From the NCBI GenBank assembly GCA_965214605.1, contig OZ243961.1, positions 2,752,001-2,816,000 on the forward strand: a stretch of 64,000 bases of DNA, in the 5' to 3' direction. The stretch is from an uncultured Candidatus Binatia bacterium (GTDB taxonomy: Bacteria; Desulfobacterota; Binatia; Bin18). The stretch's first letter is position 1. Every line of letters begins with the position of its first letter. The notes under the pieces are model-generated. The model saw only the letters and a list, made by a program, of their open reading frames with translations. It had not been told where the DNA came from and did not search any database. Shown in pieces: positions 26,750 through 37,608 of the stretch. The position numbers and the translations under genes were made by a program.

Positions 26750-28447
26750 ATGATGCTGCCACGCCGACAATTTTTGCGCTATCTGGGGATAGGAACATAC
26801 GCGGCACTATGCAATCCCCTGCTCCTCGCCGCTACTGCACCACGAGCGAGTGGTGCGGCCTGGAGACCGTCGTTTTTTGATCCCATCGTCCCCAGCACCG
26901 CCGACCGACTCAGGCTGCCGGCCGGCTACCGAGCCGACCTGCTTGGCGTATGGGGAGATGAGCTGGGCTTTCCCGACTCGACCCAAAACCGCGAGCTGAC
27001 CTTTGGGTATAATAACGACTTTCTGGCCTATTTTCCCGTTGCCTCCCGGCAGGACGATACCGCGGCTGAGCAGGGCGTGCTGTGGGTCAACCACGAGTAC
27101 CCTAACCCGCTCTTTGTCAGCGGTTACAGTCGTGCAGACGCCAAGGCCGACCGACCCAAAACGGTAGAACAGATACGGGCCGAAAAGCGCAGTATGGGTG
27201 GCAGTGTGCTCTACCTCCGGCGGGAGGCAAACGGGGGCTGGACGCGAGAGTATCATTATCGCTATACCCGTCGCTTCACCGCCTGCGGTCCGCGCTTTGA
27301 TTTTGATGGACCGGCGGCCGAAGCCATCGCCAACCTGAGTGGGCGCCAGGACTGCTCCGGCACGCTGGCCAACTGTTCGGGTGGGGTCACGCCTTGGGAC
27401 AGCGTGCTGTCGTGCGAAGAAAACTACCAGGTCTACAATGCAGAGTTTCGATGGAGGGATCAGCCCGACGAGGCCCTTGCCGACATACAGTTTGGCTGGG
27501 TGGTTGAGGTAGACCCCTTTGGCGAACTGCCGCCCGTCAAGCACACGAGCCTGGGCCGCTTCAACCATGAGAATGTCGCGCTGCGCCATGACGGGCCGAC
27601 CGGGCGGCTCGTGGTGTATCTCGGTGACGACCGGGCCGATCAGTTTGTGTACAAGTTTGTCAGCGCCCAGCCGTTTTCTGCCTCGGCCTCGCGGCTTGAG
27701 CAGCGGGCGGTGCTGAGCCGGGGGACCCTATACGCCGCCGACTTTCGGCACGGCAGGTGGCTGGCGCTGGACTGGGAGGTGCAGAAAAACCGTGACAAAT
27801 GGCAGCAATATAATAGGGGACGGAGAGAAGATGAACCGGCTCTCAACTCGCAGGCCGATCTTCTCATCCATCCCCGGATCGCGGCCCAGGTGTTAGGCGC
27901 CACGCCCCTGGACCGGCCCGAGGACTGTGAAATACATCCGGCCGACGGTTCGGTGTACATTGCGCTGACCAATAATATACCGCGGGCTAACTTCTACGGT
28001 CAGATCGTGCGCTTGATAGAGGACAACGACAATCCCGAAGGAGAGCGCTTTCGGTTTGAATTGTTTCTGCTCGGCGGCCGCGAGAGCGGCCTGGCCTGCC
28101 CCGATAATCTGGCCTTTGACAGGCAGGGCAATCTGTGGGTGGCATGTGATATGAGCAGCTCGCTCCTGGGTCAAGATCCCTATCAGCCGTTTGGCAACAA
28201 CGGGCTGTTTGTTGTGCCTACCTCCGGCCCCGGAGCCGGCCAAGCCTCTCAATTCGCCTCCGGTCCCAAAGACTGCGAACTCACCGGTCCGTGGTTCAGT
28301 CCCAACGACCAGACGCTGTTCCTGTCCGTCCAGCATCCGGGAGAAAACAGCCCCAGCCTTGAGCGGCTGTCAAGCCACTGGCCGCACGGCAGCCCAACCC
28401 TCCCCCGCCCAGGCGTGGTAGCGATTCGCGGCTTTCCCCGGTCCTGA
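26750..28447 (+). CDS. phoX: PhoX-family (DUF839) alkaline phosphatase, Tat-exported
   Basis: RRQFL Tat motif; VNHEY, NCSGGVTPW, SCEEN, GRFNHE, DRPED, CPDN, ELTGP, VQHPGE. Confidence 0.92.
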   Translation: MMLPRRQFLRYLGIGTYAALCNPLLLAATAPRASGAAWRPSFFDPIVPSTADRLRLPAGYRADLLGVWGDELGFPDSTQNRELTFGYNNDFLAYFPVASRQDDTAAEQGVLWVNHEYPNPLFVSGYSRADAKADRPKTVEQIRAEKRSMGGSVLYLRREANGGWTREYHYRYTRRFTACGPRFDFDGPAAEAIANLSGRQDCSGTLANCSGGVTPWDSVLSCEENYQVYNAEFRWRDQPDEALADIQFGWVVEVDPFGELPPVKHTSLGRFNHENVALRHDGPTGRLVVYLGDDRADQFVYKFVSAQPFSASASRLEQRAVLSRGTLYAADFRHGRWLALDWEVQKNRDKWQQYNRGRREDEPALNSQADLLIHPRIAAQVLGATPLDRPEDCEIHPADGSVYIALTNNIPRANFYGQIVRLIEDNDNPEGERFRFELFLLGGRESGLACPDNLAFDRQGNLWVACDMSSSLLGQDPYQPFGNNGLFVVPTSGPGAGQASQFASGPKDCELTGPWFSPNDQTLFLSVQHPGENSPSLERLSSHWPHGSPTLPRPGVVAIRGFPRS

Positions 28448-28502
28448 GCCGACGAGAGATGTCGCCGCTCCATATCGAATTTCGATACGCGTCGTGTGAG
28501 GG

Positions 28503-28558
28503 GCGTAACGGACAAATAACTGCTCTGTCATTCTCCCGTAACATTATTTTTCTACCTT
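28503..28558 (+). promoter_or_regulatory. Tandem Pho box plus -10 for the porin-pst operon
   Basis: GCGTAAC, AAATAAC, CTGTCAT, CCGTAAC at 28503/28514/28525/28536; TACCTT 10 nt after the last half-site. Confidence 0.7.
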
Positions 28559-28598
28559 CCTTTCCAACTCTATAGGGAAGGAAGGAGAAGGAAGCGAT

Positions 28599-29978
28599 AT
28601 GAAGAGACAAGGCAGCTTGCTGTGCGGTGGGCTTATCGCTGCAGGATTCCTGTTGGCGAGTCCTGCATTTGCGCAAGAGAAAAGCGTGGCGGTTGAGATT
28701 CTCGACATCCTCAAGGCCAACGGACAGATCAGCGACGAGCAATACCGCGCTCTGATGAAGAAAGCCCAGGCTGAAGAGGAGAAGGTTGAGGCAGCGGCCG
28801 CCAAGAGCGAGGAGAAAAAGCCCGCCCCCAAGACCATGCGCGTTTACTGGTCATCAGGGCTGCGAATGAAGTCCAATGACGGAAATTTCTCGCTGAAGGT
28901 CGGCGGTCGGATCATGAACGACTGGGCGATCTACAGCACCGACAGCGACACGCCTGACACGTTTCGGAGTATTGGGGACGGGACAGAGTTTCGGCGGGCA
29001 AGGATGTACCTCGAAGGCGAGATCTATAAGAACATCAAGTACAAAGCCCAGTACGACTTTGGTGGCCAGGACGCCGACTTTAAAGACGTGTACATCGAAC
29101 TGAAAAAGATTCCCACTCTGGGCAATCTTAGGATCGGACATTTCAAAGAACCGATGTCGCTTGAAGAGTTGACCAGCAGCAAGTACATCACCTTTATGGA
29201 ACGCTCGCTGTCGAACGTGTTTGTCCAGGGCCGTAACACCGGCTTCCAGATTGCGAACAGTTTTGCCGACAAGCGGGCGACCGCCGCGATTGGCGTGTTC
29301 CGCGATGTAGGCGACTCAGGCAATGGGTTTGGGAAGAATTCAGACTATAATGTGACCGCCCGTGTAACCGCTCTGCCGTGGTATGAGGACAAGGGGAAGC
29401 GGCTCCTGCACGTCGGCTTTGGGTACACCCACGAATTCCGTCACGATGCAGAGAGCATGGTCCGTTTTCGGGCGCGGCCGGAAGCCCATCTGGGGCCGCG
29501 CTTTGTCGATACCAAGGCTTTTCCGGCTAAGAGCGTCGATTCTTTCAACCCTGAGTTTGCCGCGGTCTACGGGCCGTTCTCGCTGCAGGGCGAGTACATG
29601 TTCACTGAGGTGAACTCAAAAGAATATGACGACCCGAGTTTTGATGGGGCCTACCTCTACGGTAGCGTATTCCTGACCCCGGACGATTATCGTCGGTACA
29701 AGATCTCGAGTGGAGCCTTTGATCGGGTCAAGCCGGCCAGAGATCTGAGCTGGAGCGGGGGCGGGTTTGGAGCGATTGAGGCAGCGGTGCGCTACTCCCA
29801 GCTCGATCTGACCAACGGTATGATCCGGGGGGGAACGCTCAGTACTCTTACTGCGGGGCTCAACTGGTACCTAAACCCGAATGTCCGCTTCATGCTGAAC
29901 TACGTTTATGCCGACCAGAAGCACCCCCACGACTTTGAGGCGGACATCGTTCAGATGCGCGCCCAGGTCGATTTCTAA
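28599..29978 (+). CDS. OprO/OprP phosphate-selective porin
   Basis: Signal peptide; EFRRAR, GHFKEPMSLEELTSS, FMERS, GLNWYLN; C-terminal Phe. Confidence 0.9.
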   Translation: MKRQGSLLCGGLIAAGFLLASPAFAQEKSVAVEILDILKANGQISDEQYRALMKKAQAEEEKVEAAAAKSEEKKPAPKTMRVYWSSGLRMKSNDGNFSLKVGGRIMNDWAIYSTDSDTPDTFRSIGDGTEFRRARMYLEGEIYKNIKYKAQYDFGGQDADFKDVYIELKKIPTLGNLRIGHFKEPMSLEELTSSKYITFMERSLSNVFVQGRNTGFQIANSFADKRATAAIGVFRDVGDSGNGFGKNSDYNVTARVTALPWYEDKGKRLLHVGFGYTHEFRHDAESMVRFRARPEAHLGPRFVDTKAFPAKSVDSFNPEFAAVYGPFSLQGEYMFTEVNSKEYDDPSFDGAYLYGSVFLTPDDYRRYKISSGAFDRVKPARDLSWSGGGFGAIEAAVRYSQLDLTNGMIRGGTLSTLTAGLNWYLNPNVRFMLNYVYADQKHPHDFEADIVQMRAQVDF

Positions 29979-30045
29979 ACGCTCATCGCCGGCGGCCACG
30001 GCTGGCCGCCATGTTGCACCAGTATTCCAACGGAAGGAAATTGTT

Positions 30046-31020
30046 ATGAAAATGAAGAAATTTGCAGTCCTTATCACCGGACTCGTGCTGAGTCTGGCCA
30101 TCAGCGGTCCGGCCGTCGGCCAGGTGACAGTGGACCCCAATCTGCCCGCCTATGAGAAGGTCAGCGGTATCTCAGGCAGTCTCAACAGTGTGGGTTCGGA
30201 TACCCTCAACAACCTGATGACCCTGTGGGCCGAGGGATTCAAAAAGGTCTATCCAAATGTGAACATCCAGATTGAGGGCAAGGGGTCAAGCACTGCGCCA
30301 CCGGCCCTGATTGAGGCCACCGCCCAGTTGGGTCCTATGTCGCGGGCGATGAAGAGCAGCGAGATGGACAAATTTGAGAAGGAGTTCGGCTATAAGGCTA
30401 CCCCGCTGCGGACCTCACTCGACTCTTTGGCCGTGTTTGTAAATAAAGACAACCCACTCCAGGGCCTGTCGCTGGACCAGATCGATGCCATGTTCTCTAA
30501 AACCTTGCGCTGCGGGGCGGCAAAAGAAGTCACGGTCTGGGGCGACCTCGGTCTGGGTGGTGAGTGGGCCGCCGTGCCAATTAGCCTGTACGGTCGTAAC
30601 TCCGCCTCCGGGACCTATGGCTTCTTTAAAAAGCAGGCCTTGTGCAGAGGCGACTACAAAGATACGGTCAAAGAGCAGCCGGGTTCAGCCTCTGTGGTGC
30701 AGGGGGTGAGCGAGGATAAAAACGCCGCCGGGTATAGTGGTATCGGCTATACCACCTCTGGCGTGCGGGCGCTGGCCCTGTCCAAGAACGGCGCCAACTA
30801 CATTGAGCCGACCCAGGAGACTGTGGGCTCGGGTCAGTATCCGCTGTCGCGCTTCCTGTTCATCTACATCAACAAAACGCCCAGCAAACCGGTTGATCCC
30901 CTAGTCCGCGAATTTGCCAAGTTTATATTCAGCAAAGAGGGGCAGGAAGTCGTGGTAAAGGACGGGTACTATCCCGTCTCTGCCCAGATCGTTACCCAAG
31001 AACGGGCCAAGCTCGACTAG
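30046..31020 (+). CDS. pstS: Phosphate ABC transporter substrate-binding protein
   Basis: VGSDTL, GKGSSTA, GRNSASGTY, YPLSR. Confidence 0.95.
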   Translation: MKMKKFAVLITGLVLSLAISGPAVGQVTVDPNLPAYEKVSGISGSLNSVGSDTLNNLMTLWAEGFKKVYPNVNIQIEGKGSSTAPPALIEATAQLGPMSRAMKSSEMDKFEKEFGYKATPLRTSLDSLAVFVNKDNPLQGLSLDQIDAMFSKTLRCGAAKEVTVWGDLGLGGEWAAVPISLYGRNSASGTYGFFKKQALCRGDYKDTVKEQPGSASVVQGVSEDKNAAGYSGIGYTTSGVRALALSKNGANYIEPTQETVGSGQYPLSRFLFIYINKTPSKPVDPLVREFAKFIFSKEGQEVVVKDGYYPVSAQIVTQERAKLD

Positions 31021-31058
31021 GCAATGTTTGTGTGTCCGGGCTCAATTCCAAACAAGCC

Positions 31059-31088
31059 GGGAGGGGGGACAGGCCCCCCTCCCCCTTT
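31059..31088 (+). terminator. Stem-loop after pstS (partial terminator or mRNA stabiliser)
   Basis: GGGAGGGGGG-ACAGG-CCCCCCTCCC. Confidence 0.5.
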
Positions 31089-31173
31089 CCTGCTCCACCA
31101 CGATGGTGGTAACCTAGAGGGCGAGATATGAACGCCTCTCGCCCTTGTCTGTCAGGCCGGCGTTGAGAGTCTC

Positions 31174-33510
31174 ATGTCAGAATCACGACAACGCGTCGAA
31201 ACGCGACCGTCCTCCCCCTATTCCACCGACCGGGCCAAGGTCGATGTTCGGTTGTCGGCGACCGAGGATAAAGGCCGGCTACGCCGTAAGAAGATCTACG
31301 ATAAGGCCGTCGGCTTGATGATTACCTTTGGCGGTATTGCGGTTATTCTGAGTATTGCCGCTATCCTGTTCGTGATCGTGGCTGAGACGTTGCCTCTGTG
31401 GTCGGCGCCCAAGACAGAATTTGGTGGCGCGGTCGCGCTGTCCGAGGTGCTCGATGGGCAGGACGCTCGTCCGATCGCCTTTGGTGTTGAAGAATACCAA
31501 GAGATCGCCTATGTGGTGACCGAGCACGGCGTGCTGTACTTCGTCTCGCTTAAGGACCACACCGTCCTCCACGACTACGAAATACGCCAGCTCCAGGGAC
31601 AACGCCCGACCGCGGTGTATCAGAACGATTTTGAGCACAGCCTGGCGATCGCAACGGCAAACGGGAGCGTCGTGCCGGTGGATGTCGGCTTTGTGATTAG
31701 CTATGATGACCAGAGCAGACGCATTATTACGCCCCGCGTTGGCGAGGAGGAGGCAATTCTTGTCGATCCTCAGGGACGGGCTATTCAGCAGCTCGTGTAC
31801 CGGACCGGGGAAGATGACGAGGGCATACGTATTGCGGCGCTGCTCGGTCCACGCTCCCTGCTGTTCTACTCCCAGATTGAGCACGAGTCGTTTCTAGGCC
31901 CGACCGAGACCCAGGAAAATCGGCGCGAGCTTTCCTCCGAACTGCCGGCCGATGTCACTGCTCTGGCCCTGGACTCCTTTCTCACCAACCTCTTGGTCAG
32001 CACGACCGACGGCCAGCTGTTGCACTGGCAAGTCGAGGATCCGGCCGCGCCGCGTTTGATCCATAGCTTTCCCGTCGGCGACACCCGGAGCGTGTTCGCG
32101 ACGACCCTGGGCTGGATCTTGGGCGAGCGCTCGGTCATGGTCGGCGATAACAGCGGCGGGGTGAGCGTCTGGTTTCAGGTCCGCGACCAAGACGCACCGC
32201 GCGATAGCCCGTACCGTAAGATTCATGTCCTTCAATCCCATCCCGCCGCGTTGACGACGATGAAGCCGTCGGCTCGTAATAAAGGCTTTCTCACGGCCGA
32301 TTCCCTCGGAAACATCCTGCTCCACCACGCCACCTCGGAGCAAACCCTGGTCGAACTGCACACCGACCGGGGAGCGGGAATTGAGATGTTGTCCTTTGCG
32401 CCACGCGCCAACGGCGTCTTTGCCATTGATAGCCAGGCTACGCTGTTCGACTGGTCGCTTGATAACCCGCACCCCGAGATCACCCTGACTACCCTGTTTG
32501 GCAAGGTGTGGTACGAGGGCTATCAAGAGCCCGATTATACCTGGCAGTCGAGCAGTGGAACCGATGATTTTGAGCCGAAGTTCAGCCTCTCGCCGCTGGC
32601 CTACGGCACGATCAAAGGGACGTTTTACGCGCTCTTGCTCGCGATTCCGCTCAGCCTGTGCGGGGCGCTCTACACCTCTCAGTTCATGCATCCGAGCCTG
32701 CGCAATGTGGTCAAGCCCTCGGTCGAGGTGATGGCCGCCCTGCCTAGTGTTGTCTTGGGTTTTTTTGCCGGACTGTGGTTGGCGCCGCTGGTGGCCGATA
32801 TGATGCCGGCCATTTTTCTGATGCTGTTTGTCTTGCCGGGCGTGACCCTAGTCGCCGCCTTCGTCTGGCATATGGTCCCGCTGTCGGTCCGAAACACCCT
32901 GAAACCGGGGATTGAGTTGGTCTTTCTGGCTCCGCTGCTAGTGCTGGTGGTGTACGCCTGTGTGGCTCTCAACGATCCGATAGAGGCCACCTTCTTTGCC
33001 AACGATTTTCCCCAGTGGCTGTACGCCACCACCGGCTCCCGCTACGACCCACGGAACTCGCTGATCGTCGGCTTTGCCATGGGCTTTGCCGTTATCCCCA
33101 TTATCTACACTATTTGTGAGGATGCTTTCTCAAACGTGCCCCAGCACTTGGTATCTGGTTCGCTAGCGCTGGGAGCAAACCGCTGGCAGACCGCGGTCCG
33201 GGTGGTCCTGCCAACGGCCAGCCCGGGGGTCTTTTCGGCGATCATGATCGGCTTTGGCCGGGCGGTGGGGGAAACCATGATTGTGTTGATGGCAACCGGT
33301 AACACGCCGGTCATGGATTTCGATCCGTTTAGCGGCTTTCGCGCCTTGTCGGCCAATATCGCGGTTGAGATTCCCGAGGCGCCCCACGGCGACACCTTGT
33401 ACCGGATCCTCTTTTTGGCCGCCCTGCTGCTGTTTGGGTTGACCTTTGTGCTGAATACCGCGGCCGAGGTGGTACGACAGAACCTACGCGAGCGTTACAG
33501 CAAGATCTGA
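31174..33510 (+). CDS. pstC: Phosphate ABC permease PstC, long form with periplasmic beta-propeller-like domain
   Basis: KVWYEGY, EVMAALPSVVLG, SLALGA, GRAVGETMIVLMATGN. Confidence 0.92.
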   Translation: MSESRQRVETRPSSPYSTDRAKVDVRLSATEDKGRLRRKKIYDKAVGLMITFGGIAVILSIAAILFVIVAETLPLWSAPKTEFGGAVALSEVLDGQDARPIAFGVEEYQEIAYVVTEHGVLYFVSLKDHTVLHDYEIRQLQGQRPTAVYQNDFEHSLAIATANGSVVPVDVGFVISYDDQSRRIITPRVGEEEAILVDPQGRAIQQLVYRTGEDDEGIRIAALLGPRSLLFYSQIEHESFLGPTETQENRRELSSELPADVTALALDSFLTNLLVSTTDGQLLHWQVEDPAAPRLIHSFPVGDTRSVFATTLGWILGERSVMVGDNSGGVSVWFQVRDQDAPRDSPYRKIHVLQSHPAALTTMKPSARNKGFLTADSLGNILLHHATSEQTLVELHTDRGAGIEMLSFAPRANGVFAIDSQATLFDWSLDNPHPEITLTTLFGKVWYEGYQEPDYTWQSSSGTDDFEPKFSLSPLAYGTIKGTFYALLLAIPLSLCGALYTSQFMHPSLRNVVKPSVEVMAALPSVVLGFFAGLWLAPLVADMMPAIFLMLFVLPGVTLVAAFVWHMVPLSVRNTLKPGIELVFLAPLLVLVVYACVALNDPIEATFFANDFPQWLYATTGSRYDPRNSLIVGFAMGFAVIPIIYTICEDAFSNVPQHLVSGSLALGANRWQTAVRVVLPTASPGVFSAIMIGFGRAVGETMIVLMATGNTPVMDFDPFSGFRALSANIAVEIPEAPHGDTLYRILFLAALLLFGLTFVLNTAAEVVRQNLRERYSKI

Positions 33511-33534
33511 GGATGGTTGGACTGAGGGAGGGCT

Positions 33535-35163
33535 GTGAATAAGTATTTCTGGAAGAGCGGCGATCCGTTTATCTGGCTGACCGGCGGAGCACTGGGTTTT
33601 AGTCTGCTCATGATCGTTGCCTTGCTCTGGATCGTGGCGGTCAACGCTTTGGGCTTTTTCTGGCCCGACCGGCTCCTAATGGCCCGCCTCAGCGATGGAA
33701 CCGAGTTAATGGGCCAGGTCCGTGACCACGAACAAATTCCCCAGACCGCAGACGGTCATGATGTCAAGTATCGGACCCAGTTTCAGGTTGCCAACCGCGA
33801 CCTCTACGGGGTGGATTTTCGCTGGATCAACGACGACCTGATCGTCGACCGCTGGTATCCGAAAGAGGCGATCTACTTTGAGCGTCTGGAGTGGGGGGCC
33901 TTGTTCGGCTTTCTCAGTTCGGTCAGCGTTGACGGTCAGGTGGTGGCAGAGGGCTTTGAGCAGAGTTGGCGGGCCTTCCAGGACCTCCACCCTCAGACAG
34001 AAGGCATCCGCCACCAGATTGAGCGTATCGAACGTCAGGAAGTCGGGAATATCAACTACGAGATTGAAAGGCTGCGCTTGCGTATTCGGGGCATTGAGCG
34101 ACGCGAAAATGACCCCCAACGCGCGACCGAGCGTATTCGTCCCCTTGAACAAGAGATGGCGGCCTGGCAGCAACGCTATGAGGAAATTGCCGAGCGGCTG
34201 TCGGCCCTGTATCAAAAAAACGCGCGCTACGAGATTGTGGTGCAGGCTGCCGGTGGAAAACACAAAAACCTGCCGCTTGCCCAAGTCGTCCGGGCCTTTC
34301 TACCCAACCAGCTGAGCTGGAGTGAGAAGGCCGAGCTGTATGCGACCAGACTCTGGGAGTTTGTTTGGGAAAATCCACGCGAGTCAAATACCGAAGGTGG
34401 TGTCTTCCCGGCCATTTTCGGTACGGTCATGATGGTCATCATCATGAGTATCGTGGTCGTCCCGTTCGGGGTGGTGGCGGCCCTGTATCTACGTGAATAC
34501 GCCCGACAAGGACCCCTCGTCCGTGCGGTACGGATTGCAGTCAACAACCTGGCCGGCGTGCCCTCAATTGTGTTTGGGGTGTTCGGCCTGGGCTTTTTCA
34601 TTTATCTGATCGGCGGGTCGATTGATTCCTTTTTCTATGAAGACGCCCTCCCGACCCCGACCTATGGGACCGGCGGGATCTTGTGGGCCTCGCTGACCCT
34701 GGCGCTGTTGACGGTGCCGGTTGTCATTGTCGCTACCGAAGAGTCCCTGTCGGCTATTCCGCGCGAGTGGCGCGAGGGCTCTTTAGCCTTGGGGGCTACC
34801 AAGTGGGAAACCCTGCGTAAGATCGTCATTCCCGGCGCCTTACCCGGTATTCTGACCGGAGCTATCCTGGCTATGGCACGCGGAGCCGGAGAAGTGGCGC
34901 CGCTGATGATTACCGGGGTGGTCAAGCTAGCCCCGAATCTGCCGCTCGATGGACACTGGCCATTTTTTCATCTAGACAGAAAATTTATGCACCTGGGGTT
35001 TCATATTTACGACGTCGGTTTTCAGTCGCCCAACGTCGAGGCGGCCAAGCCGATGGTATTTATGACGACCTTGTTGTTGATCGGCATTGTGATTGCCCTC
35101 AATCTTACCGCCATTATGGTACGTAACCGTCTGCGCAGTAAGCTCCGCTTTGGCACCTTCTGA
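33535..35163 (+). CDS. pstA: Phosphate ABC permease PstA (long form)
   Basis: [37 protein letters not shown]. Confidence 0.93.
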   Translation: MNKYFWKSGDPFIWLTGGALGFSLLMIVALLWIVAVNALGFFWPDRLLMARLSDGTELMGQVRDHEQIPQTADGHDVKYRTQFQVANRDLYGVDFRWINDDLIVDRWYPKEAIYFERLEWGALFGFLSSVSVDGQVVAEGFEQSWRAFQDLHPQTEGIRHQIERIERQEVGNINYEIERLRLRIRGIERRENDPQRATERIRPLEQEMAAWQQRYEEIAERLSALYQKNARYEIVVQAAGGKHKNLPLAQVVRAFLPNQLSWSEKAELYATRLWEFVWENPRESNTEGGVFPAIFGTVMMVIIMSIVVVPFGVVAALYLREYARQGPLVRAVRIAVNNLAGVPSIVFGVFGLGFFIYLIGGSIDSFFYEDALPTPTYGTGGILWASLTLALLTVPVVIVATEESLSAIPREWREGSLALGATKWETLRKIVIPGALPGILTGAILAMARGAGEVAPLMITGVVKLAPNLPLDGHWPFFHLDRKFMHLGFHIYDVGFQSPNVEAAKPMVFMTTLLLIGIVIALNLTAIMVRNRLRSKLRFGTF

Positions 35164-35180
35164 AAGAGAGGTACGAGCGT

Positions 35181-36032
35181 ATGTCAAAAGACCTCCTGGC
35201 CTCGACTTCCGACGTCGTCGTTTTCCCTCCGGGCGAGCGCGGAAACGGGAAAGAGCCGCTCTCTTTGACGGCTGGCGCGGCGGTTGAAATTCGTATCCGA
35301 GACCTGAGTCTGCACTACGGGAGCAAGCAGGCCCTGTACAATATCGACATGGATATCGAACGGGAGAAAGTGACTGCCTATATCGGCCCGTCGGGGTGTG
35401 GCAAGTCGACCCTGCTGCGCTGCCTCAACCGGCTGAACGACCTGGTCGACGGGGTCAAGATGAGCGGTAGTATCAATATCGGCGGAACGGAAATACTCGA
35501 CCCCGGCTTGGATGTCACTGAGCTGCGCAAAAAAGTCGGCATGGTCTTCCAAAAACCCAACCCGTTTCCCAAAACAATTTACGAAAACATCGCCTATGGG
35601 CCACGCATTTTAGGGATCAGCCAGAAGGCGCGCTTAGACGACATTGTGGAGAAAAGCCTCAAGAACGCCGCCCTGTGGGAGGAGGTCAAAGACCGTCTGC
35701 ATGAAAATGCCCTGGCGCTGTCGGGCGGCCAGCACCAACGCCTCTGTATCGCTCGTACTATCGCGGTTGAGCCCGAGGTCGTGTTGATGGATGAACCTTG
35801 CTCGGCCTTGGATCCGATCGCCACCACAAAAATCGAAGAGTTAATCCACCAACTCAAACAAGACTACACCATTGTCATTGTCACCCATAATATGCAGCAG
35901 GCCGCGCGGGTGTCCGATTACACCGCCTTTCTGTATCTGGGCAAGCTGATCGAGTTTGGCAATACGGATAAGCTGTTCACCACCCCGGAGAAAAAAGAGA
36001 CCGAGGACTACATCACTGGCCGTTTCGGCTAG
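35181..36032 (+). CDS. pstB: Phosphate ABC ATPase
   Basis: [36 protein letters not shown]. Confidence 0.97.
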   Translation: MSKDLLASTSDVVVFPPGERGNGKEPLSLTAGAAVEIRIRDLSLHYGSKQALYNIDMDIEREKVTAYIGPSGCGKSTLLRCLNRLNDLVDGVKMSGSINIGGTEILDPGLDVTELRKKVGMVFQKPNPFPKTIYENIAYGPRILGISQKARLDDIVEKSLKNAALWEEVKDRLHENALALSGGQHQRLCIARTIAVEPEVVLMDEPCSALDPIATTKIEELIHQLKQDYTIVIVTHNMQQAARVSDYTAFLYLGKLIEFGNTDKLFTTPEKKETEDYITGRFG

Positions 36033-36091
36033 AAAAGGGGATCGTGCTGCCACAAGCGGGACATGCCGATCACTTTTTATGTGAGGTGCCT

Positions 36092-36781
36092 ATGCCGTTA
36101 CATACCGATCGACAGTACGAGGAAGAGCTACAACAGCTGCGCGCCAAGGTGTTGGAGATGGGCGGACTCGTCGAAAAACAGATCGGCGATGCGATGACCT
36201 CGCTCACCCGGCGCGATTCTGAGTTAGCCAAACGGACGATTCCGCGTGACCATATGGTCAACTATCTGGATGTGACGATTGACGAGGCGTGTACACGCCT
36301 GCTGGCGCTCCATCAGCCGGCGGCACGGGATCTGCGCTTTATCATGACGAGCATGAAGATTGCGACCGATCTGGAACGGATCGGCGATATCGCCCAAAAC
36401 ATATGCGAACGGACGTTGGAACTCAATGAAGAGCCGCCCCTACACCCATACGTGGATCTGCCGCGTATGGCTGAGTGGGCGCGTTCAATGTTACGCGATA
36501 GCCTAGATGCCTTTGTCCGTGAGGATATTGAGCTGGCGCTCGACGTGTGTCAACGCGACGAGTTCATCGATCAGCAGACGGCCGAGGTGTTCAACCGTCT
36601 GTTGGGCCGGATGACACAAGAGCCCAAAACCGTCACCCGTTCCACCCGTATCTTGTTTCTGGCAAAGTACTTGGAACGTATCGCCGACCACGCAACCAAT
36701 ATCGGAGAGATGGTTGTCTATATGGCCAAGGGCAAGAACATTCGGCATATTTCGCCGGTGCCAAGCTCGGTCTCGCTGTAG
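36092..36781 (+). CDS. phoU: Phosphate signalling protein PhoU
   Basis: QPAARDLR, DLERIGD, LERIADHATNI. Confidence 0.95.
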   Translation: MPLHTDRQYEEELQQLRAKVLEMGGLVEKQIGDAMTSLTRRDSELAKRTIPRDHMVNYLDVTIDEACTRLLALHQPAARDLRFIMTSMKIATDLERIGDIAQNICERTLELNEEPPLHPYVDLPRMAEWARSMLRDSLDAFVREDIELALDVCQRDEFIDQQTAEVFNRLLGRMTQEPKTVTRSTRILFLAKYLERIADHATNIGEMVVYMAKGKNIRHISPVPSSVSL

Positions 36782-36879
36782 TGCTGCGCTTGAGGGGGCA
36801 GGAGGTCACACGCAGACGAAACGATGACGGTCACCCATCTCGGGAAGGGGACTCCTCGTGCACTTTTGCGAAAGCCGCG

Positions 36880-37608
36880 ATGTCTGAGGCTACACGGAAA
36901 ATTCTGATTGTTGAGGATGAAGACGATATTCGCAGCCTGGTACGCTACAATTTGGAGGCCGAGGGCTTTACGGTTGTGGACACCAGCGATGGCGAACACG
37001 GCCTGCATCTGGCGGCCAAAGAGCGGCCGGCACTGATCATCCTTGACCTGATGTTGCCGGGCTTATCCGGGCTGGAGGTGTGTCGCCTGCTGCGTGCCCA
37101 AGAGGACACTGCTCGGGTGCCGATTCTGATTCTAACCGCCCGAGCCGACGAGCTTGACAAGGTCCTAGGGTTAGAGATCGGAGCCGACGACTACGTCACT
37201 AAACCGTTTAGCCCGCGTGAGTTGGTCGCCCGGGTGAAAGCGATTCTCCGTCGCTCATACGGGCAGCCGAATGAACGGCCCCACGAATATTATGAAAAGG
37301 GCTGGCTGCGGATTGATTTTGATACCTACGAGGTCATCCGCGGTGGCGAGCCGGTTGAGCTGGGTTTGCGCGAGTTTGATCTGTTGAAATTTTTTGTCCG
37401 TCATCCGCACCGTGTCTTTAGTCGGAGCCAAATCCTCGATTTGGTGTGGGGTCCTGACGTGTATGTCGAGCCCCGTACGGTCGACGTCCACATCCGGCGG
37501 CTGCGGCAGCGCGTTGAGCGCGATGCCCCTAAGCCGACGTTGATCCTGACCGTACGGGGAGTCGGCTACAAGTTTAATCCCGAGGCCTTGGAGAAAAAAG
37601 GTGGCTGA
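36880..37608 (+). CDS. phoB: OmpR-family response regulator PhoB
   Basis: LDLMLP, GADDYVTKPFS, RTVDVHIRRLR, TVRGVGY; context. Confidence 0.88.
   Translation: MSEATRKILIVEDEDDIRSLVRYNLEAEGFTVVDTSDGEHGLHLAAKERPALIILDLMLPGLSGLEVCRLLRAQEDTARVPILILTARADELDKVLGLEIGADDYVTKPFSPRELVARVKAILRRSYGQPNERPHEYYEKGWLRIDFDTYEVIRGGEPVELGLREFDLLKFFVRHPHRVFSRSQILDLVWGPDVYVEPRTVDVHIRRLRQRVERDAPKPTLILTVRGVGYKFNPEALEKKGG

Noticed and set aside
26727-26751. Pho box upstream of phoX
   Set aside because: Only one half-site (CCGTCAT) with no in-phase partner
31174-35163. Unusually long PstC and PstA
   Set aside because: Long forms with periplasmic domains are already known (Pseudomonas/Vibrio type)
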